Shown here one piece after another: positions 1-13,460 of a DNA stretch of 64,000 nucleotides. Numbering within the stretch: the stretch's first letter is position 1; each line of letters starts with the position of its first letter. Made by a program: the position numbers and the translations under genes. The DNA comes from Salpingoeca rosetta (Eukaryota > Protista > Choanoflagellata), in contig JAWQFM010000027.1 in assembly GCA_033442325.1 (NCBI GenBank), forward strand, positions 129,844-193,843, in the 5' to 3' direction. The notes below the pieces were generated by a model. It was given only the letters and a program-made list of their open reading frames with translations, was not told where the DNA came from and ran no database searches.

Positions 1-1270
1 TCGATTTGGTTGATGCGCATGACATCATTTTTCTCGGAACTGACGGTCCCGCGCGCGTATCGTGGCGTGTTGCTGTTTTGGTTTTGGTGACTTGCACAAG
101 TTGTTTGGCAAGGCTGAGTTGCCGCAAGCACCGGCAACAACGCAACACCCGCCAGAAGTCGCAGGCCAGTTCCAGGAAGCCGCAGTCACCCTCCCCTTTC
201 CGACCCTTGTTCGCTTCCTGGAAAAATATGGCCTGCTCCCCCATCCTGACTTTGACGGTGCGCTTTTGCTTGTCCGCGTGCTTGTGTTGCTGGCTTTGGC
301 TGCTTGTTGTGTGCGATTTTGCGTTCGGCACAACTGGCGTTTGGTTCGTTTGAAACTTCGCGCTTACTCGTTCAACTCACTTTTGCCGCATCTTCATGTA
401 ATATTCAGGGACCCCTGACGGATTGCGTGAGTTTGTTGAGGCTTGTTGATGACGTTGCGTTTGGTTGACCACGTTGCGAGGCCGCTCGAATTCGCAGAAG
501 CGCCGACTTCTTGGAATTGCATTGCAGTAAACAAGGGTCTTCCATGCTGTGACGAACTTGTCCAACACAGCCACATCCAAAGAATCAAGCAACACACGCC
601 ACACGCACACATGCGCACGCTGCATTGTCCCTTTCAGTTTAGCTGTCCCCCCAATACCCTCAAAGAGAAGCAACCACTCACGAAGGCTAGACCGGTGGTG
701 GCTGGGCGCAGGCAGCTCACTCACTCACTCACACATACGCAAGAAGCAACCGCAAAACAGTGTGCAGCCGATGCATGTTTGAGTGTGCGTGTGCGTGTGT
801 GTTTGACAGTCTGCATGCCCATTTCCCACTTGTCAACACACGAGCAACAGCAACGGTCGCACACACAGCCCCACAGCTACACATATCATCATCCGCTCCC
901 ATCTACGCCGAAGCAACCACGACCACACTCTCTTCCATGTTGGTGTGGCACCCCCGCATCCAACTGCAGCCCCCACACTCTTCCGTCTCTCCTTTCCCTG
1001 TTGGCTTGATTGCTTGAGCGTGCACCACCCTGCAAGTGACAAGCACAGCCCCTTCTCACTCAAACACACACACATAGCACACACATACACACAGACATAC
1101 ACAGCCACACACGCACGCACACACACAGCCACACACGCATTCACACACGCACGCAAACATACCCATCCCGGGTCTTCTTTTTACATTGATCAACCGTCTC
1201 CTCTCCTCCCCCCCCCCCTCCTCCCAACGTCGCTACACCGCCCCTTCTCTTATCCACATCAGTTGCTTGG

Positions 1271-2960
1271 ATGTCGTCCTCAGTGGCACTCCACAACCCC
1301 AGCCACACCTCTTCCCCTGCCTCCCTTTCCTCTGCCCCTTGTTCTCCGCTCTCCTCCGCGGCGTCGTCCCTCTGCCCAGGTGACGACCCCCTCCCGTCCA
1401 AACACACCGCAGCAGGCGTCTGCCCCTTTGACCTTCTCCGCCTTGCGGTTGTGTTCATGGACGACAACGACGACAAACACCAACACGCCAGCTGCAGCGG
1501 CGTGCAGCAGCAGCAGCAGCAACACCGACAACGGCAATCGCAATCGCAGCTGCTGCAGCAGCAGCAGCACAGCAACACCGGCCATGGCCACGACAGGTTC
1601 AGACCGGCCAGCCACCGTGGCAGCGGCTTGAGTGCAGGAAGCAATCCTGACGCCCTTTCCACCACCACCACCACAACCACGACGATGACAAGCACCAACA
1701 GCAGCAGTAATAACCGCAGCAGTGGCAGCAGCAGTGGCTACGAGCAAGGCAGTGACACCCGTGTCCGCCAGCGCCGGCACCCACGATCAAGCAAGGCACC
1801 CACTACCCAACACGATACCCAACGCGATTCCCAACGCGACACCAGTTACAGTAGCAGCAGTGGCGGCAGCAGCAGCAAGAAGCACACCAAGCACACCAAG
1901 CACAACAAGAAGAAGAAGAAGAAGCACAGTGATCAGCACAGCGATCAGCACAGCCACAACCACGGCAGCAGCCAGAAGCGGGACGCGGTTTTGGCTGGCG
2001 GCACCGCCTCCTCGGGTGCGCCCAACACCAAGCGCAGCAAAACGCGGCAGCCTTCCAGCCAGGACGACAGCGGCGGCAGCACATCGGCAACAACGACCAC
2101 CAGCGACCAGCGGGAGCACGGCACAAGCCCAGACGACAGCGACAACAGCAATAAGAGCAGCAGCCATTTCGCGCCCAGCCTGCAGCAAGGCACACACCAT
2201 GTTCTGCGCGTGGGCACTGGCGCCAGCCGCACGCGCGTGTCGCGTCAACACCACGCTGCACCACCATCTCCTCCTCCACGGTTGACAAAACACACGGCAG
2301 CAGCCCGTCTTCGCGCCTCCTCCCCAGGTGCCGAGAGCAGCACCAGCGCCAGTAGTGACAGCAGCAGTAGCGGCTGCGGCGGCCACAGCCGTGCACATCG
2401 CACCGCAGCGGCTAACACCGCCGCCACTGGCAGCAGCAGTGGCAGCAGCAGCAGTAGCCGCCGCACAACCGTGCACAAGCCGAGTGCGACCACCGCCAGC
2501 GCTGCAAGGAACCTCGAGAAGCAACGGGAGCACAAGTGTGGCACCTGCGGGCGTATCTTCCACCGGCGCAACCACCTCACGCGACACGAGAAGATGCACA
2601 GCCAGTCGTTTGACTTTGCCTGCCAGCACTGCGACAAGAAGTTCTACCGACGCGACCAGTACCTCGTGCACCTCCGCTCGCACACGGGCGAGCGTCCGTA
2701 TGCGTGCGCGTTTCCCGGCTGCGGCAAGCGGTTCACGCAGAAAGGTGCACTCAACCGGCACCTCAAGGTGCACAAGGGAGTGGCCAGTCCGGAGACGCCA
2801 GGCGCCATGGCGGCGCCCGCACAGGCACGGCCGTCCCCGTTTGGCTTTGCCCCTCAGGCACCACACCAACAGCAGCCGTTGCCGGGCTCGCAGGTGATGA
2901 TGATGCTGAACCACATGGCCCCGTCCTTTGGTGCAAACGGGATGCAAGGTGCACAGGGCA

Positions 2961-2994
<34 letters not shown>

Positions 2995-3676
2995 ATCTGG
3001 CGGCAGTGGCTTTATGTTCGCCTTCAACCCGTACCTTCCGCCACACATGCAACAACAACAGCAGCAACAGCAACAGCAACAACAACAAGATCCGTATGGC
3101 GGTGGCCTTCCGGGTATGTCCCCTGTCACTACAGCAGGCCCGCACGCCGTGGCGACCACAAGTGCACCCGCTCTGTCGGCAGCGGTGCCACCGCAGCATA
3201 TTCCTGCCGCCTCCCTGGCTGGGTCCGCACCGGCGCTGTGGCAACAGCTCCAACACCAGCTGCAGCAACAACAGCAGCTCCAGCAACGTCAACACCAGCT
3301 GCAACAACAGCTACAACAGCTACAACAGCTACAACAGCGACAACAACAACATCAGCAGCAGCAGCCCTCCAACCTGCTTTCGCTCCCGCATGTCATTGGC
3401 TTCCAACAAGCCCTCAAACAGCATGGGCAACAGCAGCAACAACAACAAGAACAGCAGCAGCAAGGGCCAATTGCACCTGCTCCCGCTTCCCAACAACAAC
3501 AGCAATTGCTGCAGCTGCAGCAACTTCAGCTGCAAATGTTCCTGCAGCGTCAGCAGCCACCACCACCACCACCACAACAACAACAACAACAACAACAACA
3601 GCAGCAGCAGCAGCAGCCTTCGTCGTCTGCGCGCTGGTTCTTTCCCACACCTCCCACCACGACCAACTCCAGGTAG
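1271..3676 (+). CDS. C2H2 zinc-finger transcription factor (3 fingers) with polyQ/polyA C-terminal region; apparently intronless
   Basis: 801-aa ORF containing [44 protein letters not shown], the canonical linker TGERPY, and [23 protein letters not shown] (~2530-2775). Basic KKKKKK patch upstream. The start could alternatively be the ATG at 1457. Confidence 0.85.
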
Positions 3677-4151
3677 TCCACAAGATGGCTGGCTGAACTG
3701 AACTGACCTGAACTCAGGAACGACCTACCATGGGCGCTCACACACGCATCACTGCTTCCGTGCTTCCGTATTATGCTTTGCTCTGCTTTCGTACTTTGTT
3801 ATTTCTCTTTGTGGTGGGCTGGCGACCATCATTCGGCTTTTGCTTGCGTGCAAGCATGTCTGTGCTGCCTGCCATGCTTCGCTGATCACTGTTCTCTCGA
3901 TAAACATGGCCCGAGTCCTTGGTCTTTTTGACTTGAAGGAGCAGTGTGTCTGTGTGTTGTGCATGGGGGGGGTGGTGGTGATGGGAGATGAGGAATGGGT
4001 TTGAGGCACAAGCCTTGTGGGTTGTCACATCACTTCAATCCTCAATCGGTCATCGAGCAACTCCCCAAGCAAGCAAGTAAACAAAGTCAGCAAGAAGTCT
4101 GGTTGCCAGTCATCATGGAAAGCCAGTCATGAACAACAACCTCGAATCCCC

Positions 4152-4300
<149 letters not shown>

Positions 4301-5437
4301 TTTTTCTGCTTCTTGTAGCATGGAACAGCCTCCCGGCTTCGTGTTTGGCGCAGATTGCCTTAGACATGCACGTGAAAGCGCGTGACTTGCGTGGAACGCC
4401 GCTAATTGAAACGGGGCGCCACCCTAACTGCATGCGAACGACATGTGAACTCTCTGACTCTGACGCTGTTGTGTGGGAATGAAGTGACAACCTCTCACGA
4501 ACAGACCCAATTCATTTTCGTTTTGAAACACTCCCCTGTCTGTCTGGGTTGGCTTGTGCACGCCGAGTGCGATGGGCAAGACGGTTTCAAAGTGCTTTTC
4601 GTTTAGTGTTGACAGGGGCAGGCCCCAGGTCACGTCGAAACACCACGGGCTTGGGAACTTGCAATCGACAAGCAATGTCAAGGGACAGACACAGATATGC
4701 GGACACAAACGCTGCGCGAGCGTGGTGTCGTTAGTATGTGTCCATCGGGTACTTGGACTTCGAGACTTCGAGACTTCGAGACTTCGAGAGCGATGCGGGT
4801 GTTGTTGTTGTCGAGCGTCGAGAACGTAAACATCACATCATAGCATCATAGATAGATAGACAAAACACCGGACACGTTGGTGTTTTGTGATTTGACCTTT
4901 GTTATTGCCTTCTTTTGCTGTTTGATTGTTGGCACGTGGTTCCGCACTACTGCACTGGCCTCGTTTCATGGCTTCGCACAGTGAAGCAGTGTAGTGAGGC
5001 CACAAGCAGCCACAACCAACGCTTGAGGCGGGTGGAGCTGGTGTCATGGAGTGGATCCCACTACGATACAACAACGAAATCGACGAGAAGGACGAGAGGA
5101 AGAGACAGAAGAAGAAGAGGAAGAGGAAGAATTGACAAGACACCCAGACACCCTGCCCCTAGCCTGCCCGGGCGGCAAGCCATGTCTTGACGACAGCACA
5201 ACACACCCATACCAAACACCAGTTCGCAGCTGAGTGAGTGCTTGAAGACCGTCGAAAGACAGACACAGAGAGACACACCCACAGAGACGGAGACAAGTGC
5301 AACACATCAAGCAACGCTCCCTCCAACAACCGCCCTGTCGAGGCCACCATTCGAACATCGCAAACCGCTAGCACCACCTCAGCGCGCGCACACACACTGC
5401 CCTACTGTCCACGCACGAGCTCACAAGGAGGCGGGTG

Positions 5438-6573
5438 ATGGGTGGGTGTGCCTCTGTTGCTGCAGCGGACGCTGCCACATCGCATCAGAAGAGTCCGACT
5501 GCTGAAGGCGGCGGCGGAGATGGTGGGGAACGAATGGTCATGGTTGCGGCCAAGCGCTGGCCAGGCATCCTGCGCGTGGACGCGCCGCCCATACCTCCCA
5601 AAGAAGAGCCGGACCCCTCCGATCTGCTCTCTGTTCAACCAGGCGTGCTTCCGCTCGCCGCCACCAATGGGCAAGACAACAAAGCCAAGCTGCCAAACCT
5701 TGCCATTGTTCTCGGTGCGCCTGCCTCTGCTTGTGCGTGATTGTGTGTGTGTGTGCATGCGTGCGTATACGTGCATGTGCATGTGCGTGTGCGTGTACGT
5801 GTGTACATGTGCGTGTGTGTGATTATCTGTGTGTACGTACATGTGCGTGTGTGTGATTGTCTGTGTGCGCGTGTGTGTACATGTGCGTGTGTGTGATTGT
5901 CTGTGTGTGCACACGCACGAGAGTACTTTCAGGTACAGGTTCACTCTTCCAATGTTTGCAACGCGCCATCGGTGACCCCAACTTGCTTTGGCTTGAACAT
6001 GCACACAGGTGGACCAAACTCCAACAAAGGCGCGGTGCTGCAGCACATACAGCAAGACCCAAGCCTTGACGTGACGCTCGTGTGTGCCGAAACGCTGTTG
6101 ATTCGGTACTTGAGGAAGAACGCTGCGGGGGACTCCATCCGAGATGCACTCGACTTTGCAGAGAACGCCAGCGACACCCTCACCATGGTGTGTGTGTATG
6201 CGTGAGTGAGTGAGTGAGTGAGTGAGTGAGTGAGTGAGTGAGTGAGTGAGTGAGTGAGTGAGTGAGTGAGTGAGTGAGTGAGTGAGTGAGTGTCCATGTG
6301 TACCTGTGTGTGTGTGTGCGTGTGCGTGTGCATGTCTTTGCGTCATTCTGTGTGTCAGTTTGTGAACCCCTCTCTGTGTGTCAGCCTGTCTGTGTATCTT
6401 TCTTTGTGTTCGTCTTTGCGTCTGTCCCATCTGTCAATCTGTCCACCTGTCCGTGTCTTCTCCCCCCTCTCTCCGCTTGGTCTATGGTGCACGCGTTACT
6501 CTGCGAGTGGCACATCATCCTGGCGTTGTCCGCAGGTTGTACTGCTCGCTCCCTCATCCAGATGGGCCTTCCT

Positions 6574-6662
<89 letters not shown>

Positions 6663-7120
6663 GCAGCAACTGTTGATGCAACTGGTGACAGAGCACCTTG
6701 CATGCGACGACAACACGCCAGCCCCATCCTCAACGCCAGCAGAGAGAACACGGCTTGTCATCATCGACCTCATCCCAAATCTCCGCGTCTTCTCTCGCGC
6801 GCCGCTCCTCCGCAACCCGGCAAAGCACCTCTCCATCTTCGAGCGGCAGGTGGGCGTATGCATATATATGTGTGTGTGTTTGTGTGTAGTACGCTTGCGT
6901 GTGTGTGTGTCTGTGTGTAGTACGCTTGCGTGTGTGTGTGTTTGTTTGTGTGTGTGTGTGTTTGTGTGTGTAGTCTCGGCTCGTTGCACGGGTGCTTCCT
7001 GTCGACGTACCTGCCGACGGCGCATGTGCACATGTACACGTACAACGCATCCAACACATCCAACACATCCAACACACACACACACACATCCAACACACAC
7101 GCACACACACACACACACAC

Positions 7121-7171
<51 letters not shown>

Positions 7172-7684
7172 ACACACACACACACGCACAACTATGCGTT
7201 TCACCACAGGTGCAACGCTTTCGGTTTGCCCTGCATCTTGAGAGCAGTGCTGTGACAACACCCCTCAAACGCGCAAACACACTTGTGAGTGACGCGCTGA
7301 TTGGCTGTGCTTGTTGGTCTGACAGCTTTGTTGTTGCCCTAGTTGTACAGATGCCTGTGTCTGCATCCACATGCGTTCCTGTGCCTGGCAATCAACCAAG
7401 CCATATGCGACGCACTTCGTTCTCCAATATCTCACCATCTCATCCGCACCTCATCCAACACCATCACCTCGCCCAACATCACGACCACCTAACACGATCA
7501 TCGCAATTTGCTTTAGCCGGACGAGGAAGATGTGCGACGGTTGCAGAAGCGATCGCAGATGCACCAATCCAACACGTTTCCCCTCATCAAGTATGCATGG
7601 TCGCGCATGTGCGTATGCATGCGCCAAAATCAACAGCACGAACCCACGCACGCACTTCATCCACGTTCAACTGCCCTTCAGCAT

Positions 7685-7732
<48 letters not shown>

Positions 7733-7762
7733 GTATATGCGCGCAACTACGCATTGTGGTCA

Positions 7763-7829
<67 letters not shown>

Positions 7830-8899
7830 TGCACCATAGGTACTTTGAGGACAGCGAACGCGTGATCAGTTTGAAGCAGACAAGCAGCGAACCGGCGCCC
7901 TATGCGCCAGCAAGTGCAGACGACATGTTGTCTGCGCAGACACGGCACACATCGCCACGCGTGAAGGCCGTGTACACCTGGCTGCGGGCATACATGCACG
8001 GCGCCGCGGATGGCATCGCGAGCATGCCCCAGACCTACCACGACACGGCAGGCGACGAATCAGCACAAGCCACCCAGTTCCAACTCCAGAGAGGCGGCAC
8101 ACAACAGCAGCACCGTGGCGCCGTGGTGTGCATGTGCAGTGGTGACGCAGAGCAGGAGCTGTTGCGCACCACCCTCGCAGACCACAACATTGCGTGTTCC
8201 CCAGTTGCACTTGAAGACGGTGGTGGCCACAACCGCGCAACACTGACCTTCAGTCTCAGAGACAACATATCAACGGCATTGGCGAGCAGCAGCAGCAGCA
8301 GTGTTGTTGTTGTCGACACCGCCCAACTCAAGCTGGATTCGGTGAGTTCATGTCCATGGAGCGCGTGTGGAATGCGTGATGTGCCCTCTGGTTGTGATGA
8401 TGTGATGCGTTTGTACGTGTGTGTATGCATGCGAGTGTGTGGGATGTGATGTATCGTTGAGTGTTGTTCAACAACACACTCACTGCTGTGCATGCATGAA
8501 CAATGTGTGTTGTCTTGGTTTGTTTCTTTTGGTCCTCGTCGTACGTGCTTCACGGTTCATTCCACCCACCACATGCTCAGCACTCGCTAAATACCGCATT
8601 CAACGCACGACACACACACACCACACCACACTGTGCAATGGTGATTGCACATTGCCCCTCTGACAACCTTCCTTCTGCAACTGCAGGGACGTGTATCTGT
8701 GAGCCACACCTCCAGCAAGAACATCGCGCAGGCACTGGTGTATTGCCAGGCTGGACAGATTCGCATTGGAGACACGTGCGTCGTGGATGTGGAGAAGGCA
8801 GACGTGCATGCGCACAGTGTGGATGGCCTGCTGGTTCTCTTCAGCAGGAAAGCGCGCCAACACGAAGCACGCATACTCAACATGCTCTCCCAAGCATGA
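5438..8899 (+). CDS. Adenylate/UMP-CMP kinase-like protein with degenerate P-loop and N-terminal MGxCxS acylation motif (multi-exon)
   Basis: Exons ~5438-5714, 6009-6187, 6667-6849, 7210-7284, 7517-7590, 7840-8341 and 8687-8899 join in frame at GT-AG sites. The spliced product gives AIVLGGPNSNKG (P-loop-like), LVIIDLIPN (cf. FLIDGFPR) and DEEDVRRLQKRSQMHQSNTFPLIKYFE (cf. DD..E.I..RL..Y...T.P.I.YY). Confidence 0.65.
6203..6291. repeat. (GAGT)n tetranucleotide repeat, intronic
   Basis: Direct inspection. A second array lies at ~39821-39949. Confidence 0.95.
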
Positions 8900-9024
8900 G
8901 ACACGTGACGGTGCACGACGCGGTTTTGTTGTTGTTTAAGTTGTTGTTATTGTTGTTGTTGTTTAAGTTGTTGTTGTTGTTTAAGTTGTTGTTTAAGTTG
9001 TTGTTTAAGTTGTTGTGTTGCTGG

Positions 9025-9055
<31 letters not shown>

Positions 9056-9339
9056 GCACCCTGACGTTCATCGTGGTCGCCAATGTGCACCATGTGTCAG
9101 TCTCTCGGGTAATGTTTGGATCCATATAAAGCCCCACGCGACAATGCATGATCTCTTGACGCGTGTCACCAACAGAGTGATGGGGAGCAGTGTCTAAAAG
9201 TGCAATCTGGCCTTTATTTGAACGGCAGTCTGGCTGATGGATGGTCTAGCTTCGTTTGGTCAACGCTTATAATACCATGTGCGTGCAAGGAACAATGGTG
9301 GGAAGTGGCAGCAAAGAGGCTCGAACATAACCCCGTCTG

Positions 9340-9434
<95 letters not shown>

Positions 9435-9494
9435 CTTCAACATCCAAATCTACTGCACAATTCGCTTACACCAATAGGCTCCACCAACTCTTGT

Positions 9495-9609
9495 CTAGTG
9501 CATGCATAGGCCGAGGCTGTATGGGCTTGGGCGTCGCTTGCGCATGCGATTGGCGCGAGGGAACGATCCGCAGGGCCTTCGCTGCTCGTAACGCGAAACA
9601 GGCACCCGC

Positions 9610-9667
<58 letters not shown>

Positions 9668-11769
9668 GATCGTCATTGTCATCTGTAGCGGTTACCATTC
9701 TGTCATTCTGAATCTGTTGCGGGTCGTTGTGCTGGCCAGCGTAGTGCCCACCGCCCACTTCAATACCCGTCTCTGTGGTCTGCTCCTGCTGCCGCCTGCC
9801 ACCTTGCTGCTCCTGCATCTCACTCGTGTCTACCTGATCCACCTGCCCTGTTGTTGCAGCTACATGCCCATCGTCGCTTCCATACTGCTGCTGCTGTTCT
9901 TGTTGCTGCTGCTGTTCTTGTTGCTGGTTGTTGTTTTCTGCGCCACCCATGTGATCGTCACCGCCAAGACCGACTTCCTCATCGCCACTGCCAGCTTGTG
10001 CTGTCGCCTTTGCTGCCGCGCTCGAACGCATGTGCAGTACAAGTTTGTCGAGCCCACACCGCTGCAGCTCGCACACAACAAGCGGTCCCTCCTGGCCAAC
10101 ACACGCCGCACGCTGCGTTTGTTTGTTGGTATTTGCGTATGTTGAGATCGTGAGCGTGAGAGTAGCGCACTTGAAGTGATGAGAGTGGATGCAGTTGGCG
10201 CAGACGAATAAACGCACAGACATACAGACAGACACACAGAGACACAGACAAGACACACGGAGGCACAGACACACAGAGACACAGACAAGACACACGGAGG
10301 CACAGACATACACACACAGACACAGACACACACACACACACGCACAGACACACAGAGACATACGCATGCAAATAGACAGGCAGACACATGCACGCAGGAC
10401 GCACCAGGGCGGCGACGGTAAACTTGACAAGGGCGGGCACACGGAGTTTGAGGGAGAGCTGGAGGAGGTGAATGCAGTCCAATACATCCATGGACGCCAT
10501 GCGTGGCAGGCGCTGCGAGTAGATGTAGTGGAGCACGTGTGCCAAGGTTCGTGGAGCGACATCGAGGGTCACAACCCCGTGATCGGCCTGCGTGGCAAAG
10601 TGCGCGGCAAACACGGGACTGCCTGCTGCCAGGATGGTTCGATGGCACTTGAACACCGTCTTGGCACTGCCCGCCTTCTGTTGGCAGGTAGCGTGAAGGG
10701 TTTCACGCGTGTGCATGTGTGCATGTGAGCGAATGTGGGCGGGAAGGAACTATGATGGACACAGACACGTTGCACAGGCAGCATCTGTCACCCCAGAATA
10801 TATGCACACACATGCGTACGTGTATACGCAAGCCCCCCCCCCAAACAGACGCATGAACTCACGATGCGCACGTCACTGTAGATGCCAGTCCGCAAGAGCA
10901 TGGAGAAATCAAACGATGTCATCTTGGGCGTAGTGACTGCTCGCAGGTCGTCGTCACTGGGCGGTGCAGCTGCGGGGGTGTGGGCGCGGGCCTTGCGCCG
11001 GAAGAATTCTGGGTCCGCCTGCGCCTCTGTGTACGCGGTCGTGTTGACGTGCTGACAGTTGGAGCACGGCCGAAACAGATCCGGGTTGGACAGCAGTGCA
11101 CGGATGCGCCGCTGCACCTCTGCGTCAGCGACGGCACGTGTGGACCCAGTCACGCATGCGCACACGCGGCTGCCTTGCTCAAAAGCAGGGTGGTAAATGG
11201 GCGATGCCCACGTGAGGGTGTTGGCTGCTGTATCGCAGACAAGGTTGAAGGCGGCGCCAGAGTACGGCGAGTCTACGGGCGCTTCAAGCGTCAGTACAGT
11301 GTTACTGCTGTTGTCGGCTGGCTGTGCATTGTGGTTGCTCTGAAGCTGGGGTTGCATTTGGTGCTGCTGGGGCTGGGAGTGCTCCATGCCGATGGCCGGC
11401 GGCGGGGAGCCCGGTGAGGAAGGGCTGGAGGTGAGGGCAAATGACGATGAGCGCACAGAGACCGGTGGGCTGCAGGCTGGAGATGAACCCGCTGCTGATC
11501 TGGCTGGGGAGGACGATCCCGAGGATGCCAGTGGCTTTGGTGTTGCGAGGGAGGACGCCAACAGCGCCGTCGTCACCGCCGCCACCTGTGCTGCTGTTGC
11601 CTTTGTGTTTGAGGTTGCTGGCAAGAATGGTAACGTTGTTTTTGCTGCTGCCGTCTCTGTGGATGTCAGCGCAGCACTTTGCGCTGGTTCTTGTACTTGC
11701 TGCTGCTGTTGTTTTTGCTGGCAGATGTTGATGTCATCGGCGACATCCATGCTGTTCCAAGCCTGTTGC

Positions 11770-11801
<32 letters not shown>

Positions 11802-11855
11802 TTGCTGTGGATGGGTCTTCTTCGTCTTGTCATGTGCTGTTGGCACAACGAACAT
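9495..11855 (-). CDS. UBC (E2-like) domain - BTB/POZ domain fusion protein
   Basis: Exons ~11855-10863, 10677-10405 and 10112-9495. UBC-like: [35 protein letters not shown]...[13 protein letters not shown] after splicing: [15 protein letters not shown]|[23 protein letters not shown]...VLHYIYS. The start is uncertain (11975, 11855 or 11750). Confidence 0.75.
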
Positions 11856-12636
11856 GGCAGAGTTGGAAAAGGGGAAACACGCCGCGCGTGACACTGCTAG
11901 CGAGTGAGGAAACGTGCTGTTGACGGATGTATGTATGCTATCGTTGCTTGCTGTTTGTATCGCTGCTCGCTGCATGAATCGTTGGTGGCTGTTGGATGTG
12001 AGGTGTTAGCTGGATGGCTGTTGCTGCGAATGCTGATGATGATGATGACGACGACGACGACGATGAGGATGATGATGATCACACAAGCAGCAGCAGCACA
12101 GCTCGTCTGTTGTTTGCTCAAACACCCACAGCACACAGCAACCGCCCCAGTTTCCTCCTTGTTGTTGTTTGGTTGTGTTGTGTGTGGTGTTTTGTGGTCA
12201 AGGGCTGCGTTGTGTTGGTTATTTTAGCGGACATCCGACGATCAGCGGAAAACTTCTTGGAAACGGCAAGGAAGAACTTAATTCAGTTCAACAGAAACTC
12301 GTGCTGTCGCATGCCGTTTGTAGAGTGCGATGAATCGTGGGTATCATTAATAATGTGCGTCATGACGATTCGTTGAAGATGTGCAGAACAAACCGAATAA
12401 GGGGCGTGAACAATGGGTGGAGCGCAAAAAAAGCGTCTCCGCCCTCACGCCCTTGCCAAACTGGACTTTTCCTTTGCCAAGGCTGCGTTGCATTCATTCC
12501 ACCCTGTTTGCCTGTGTCGTCTTTCCTCGCTCGGTTTCGACTGTTGTTTGGTGAGTGGTGATAGTGGGTGGTGGCTGTTGCGCCGCAAAAGGAGTGATGG
12601 TGTGTGTGTGTGTGTGTGGGTGTGTGTGGGTGTGCG

Positions 12637-12745
<109 letters not shown>

Positions 12746-13129
12746 ACGACGTAGTGTATGTGGTGGTGTGAGCACGTCCACTGCTCTCTACACTGAGCAC
12801 AACCAAAACAACAACAATATGTTGTGTTGTGTTGTGTGTCATGTTGTTGTGTCAATGAGAGAACAGCAGTCTCGCTGGCTTGTTCCGTGCTTGCTGCGTC
12901 TGTACATCCTGCATCTTTCCCACTCCTTTCCTCTTTCCTCAAGCTTGCAGTTTCGTTGTCTTGTTGCGTTGTGTTGCTCGCCCTCCTCCCTTTCCCTTCT
13001 GTCAAGACTTGTTTGTCGCCTCTCACAACCCCGCGTTCCCTCCTCCGCTCCTTGCCACCTCTTTCCTGCGTGGTTCCCTTGCTTTCTCTGGCAGTGTATT
13101 CCCACGCGCACACAGCTTCCACCGTCATC

Positions 13130-13388
13130 ATGCCCAAGGACGCACCTCTCCCCGCCGCCCCTTCCGGCGCACAGCAGCCTGCGGAGGCCTTTGACATGGT
13201 CTTCCACTGCCAGCTTGCCCACGGCTCCCCCACAAAGCAGATTCGCGACTTCACCAACGTCAAGCAGCTCTACGAAGCCATTGCCAAGGCGTTTGGTCTC
13301 TCCACAGGCGACGTACGTTGTTGTTTGTTGTTGTTGAAGTTGTTGTTTAAGTTGTTGTTGTTGTTGTTGTTGTAAGTTGAAGTTGAAG

Positions 13389-13460
<72 letters not shown>

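Noticed and set aside
1-1010. Overlapping short ORFs at the window start (e.g. 62-418, 377-724)
   Set aside because: No recognisable domain or consistent splice chain. It could be a degraded element or UTR, but that cannot be supported.
1787-3307. Long antisense ORFs (also 36632-37408 and 60010-61392)
   Set aside because: Shadow frames of GC-rich genuine exons on the opposite strand.
6286-7839. Long ORFs rich in CVCVCV/HTHTHT (here and throughout)
   Set aside because: These are translations of intronic (GT)n/(CA)n microsatellites, which lack stop codons. They are not metal-binding proteins.
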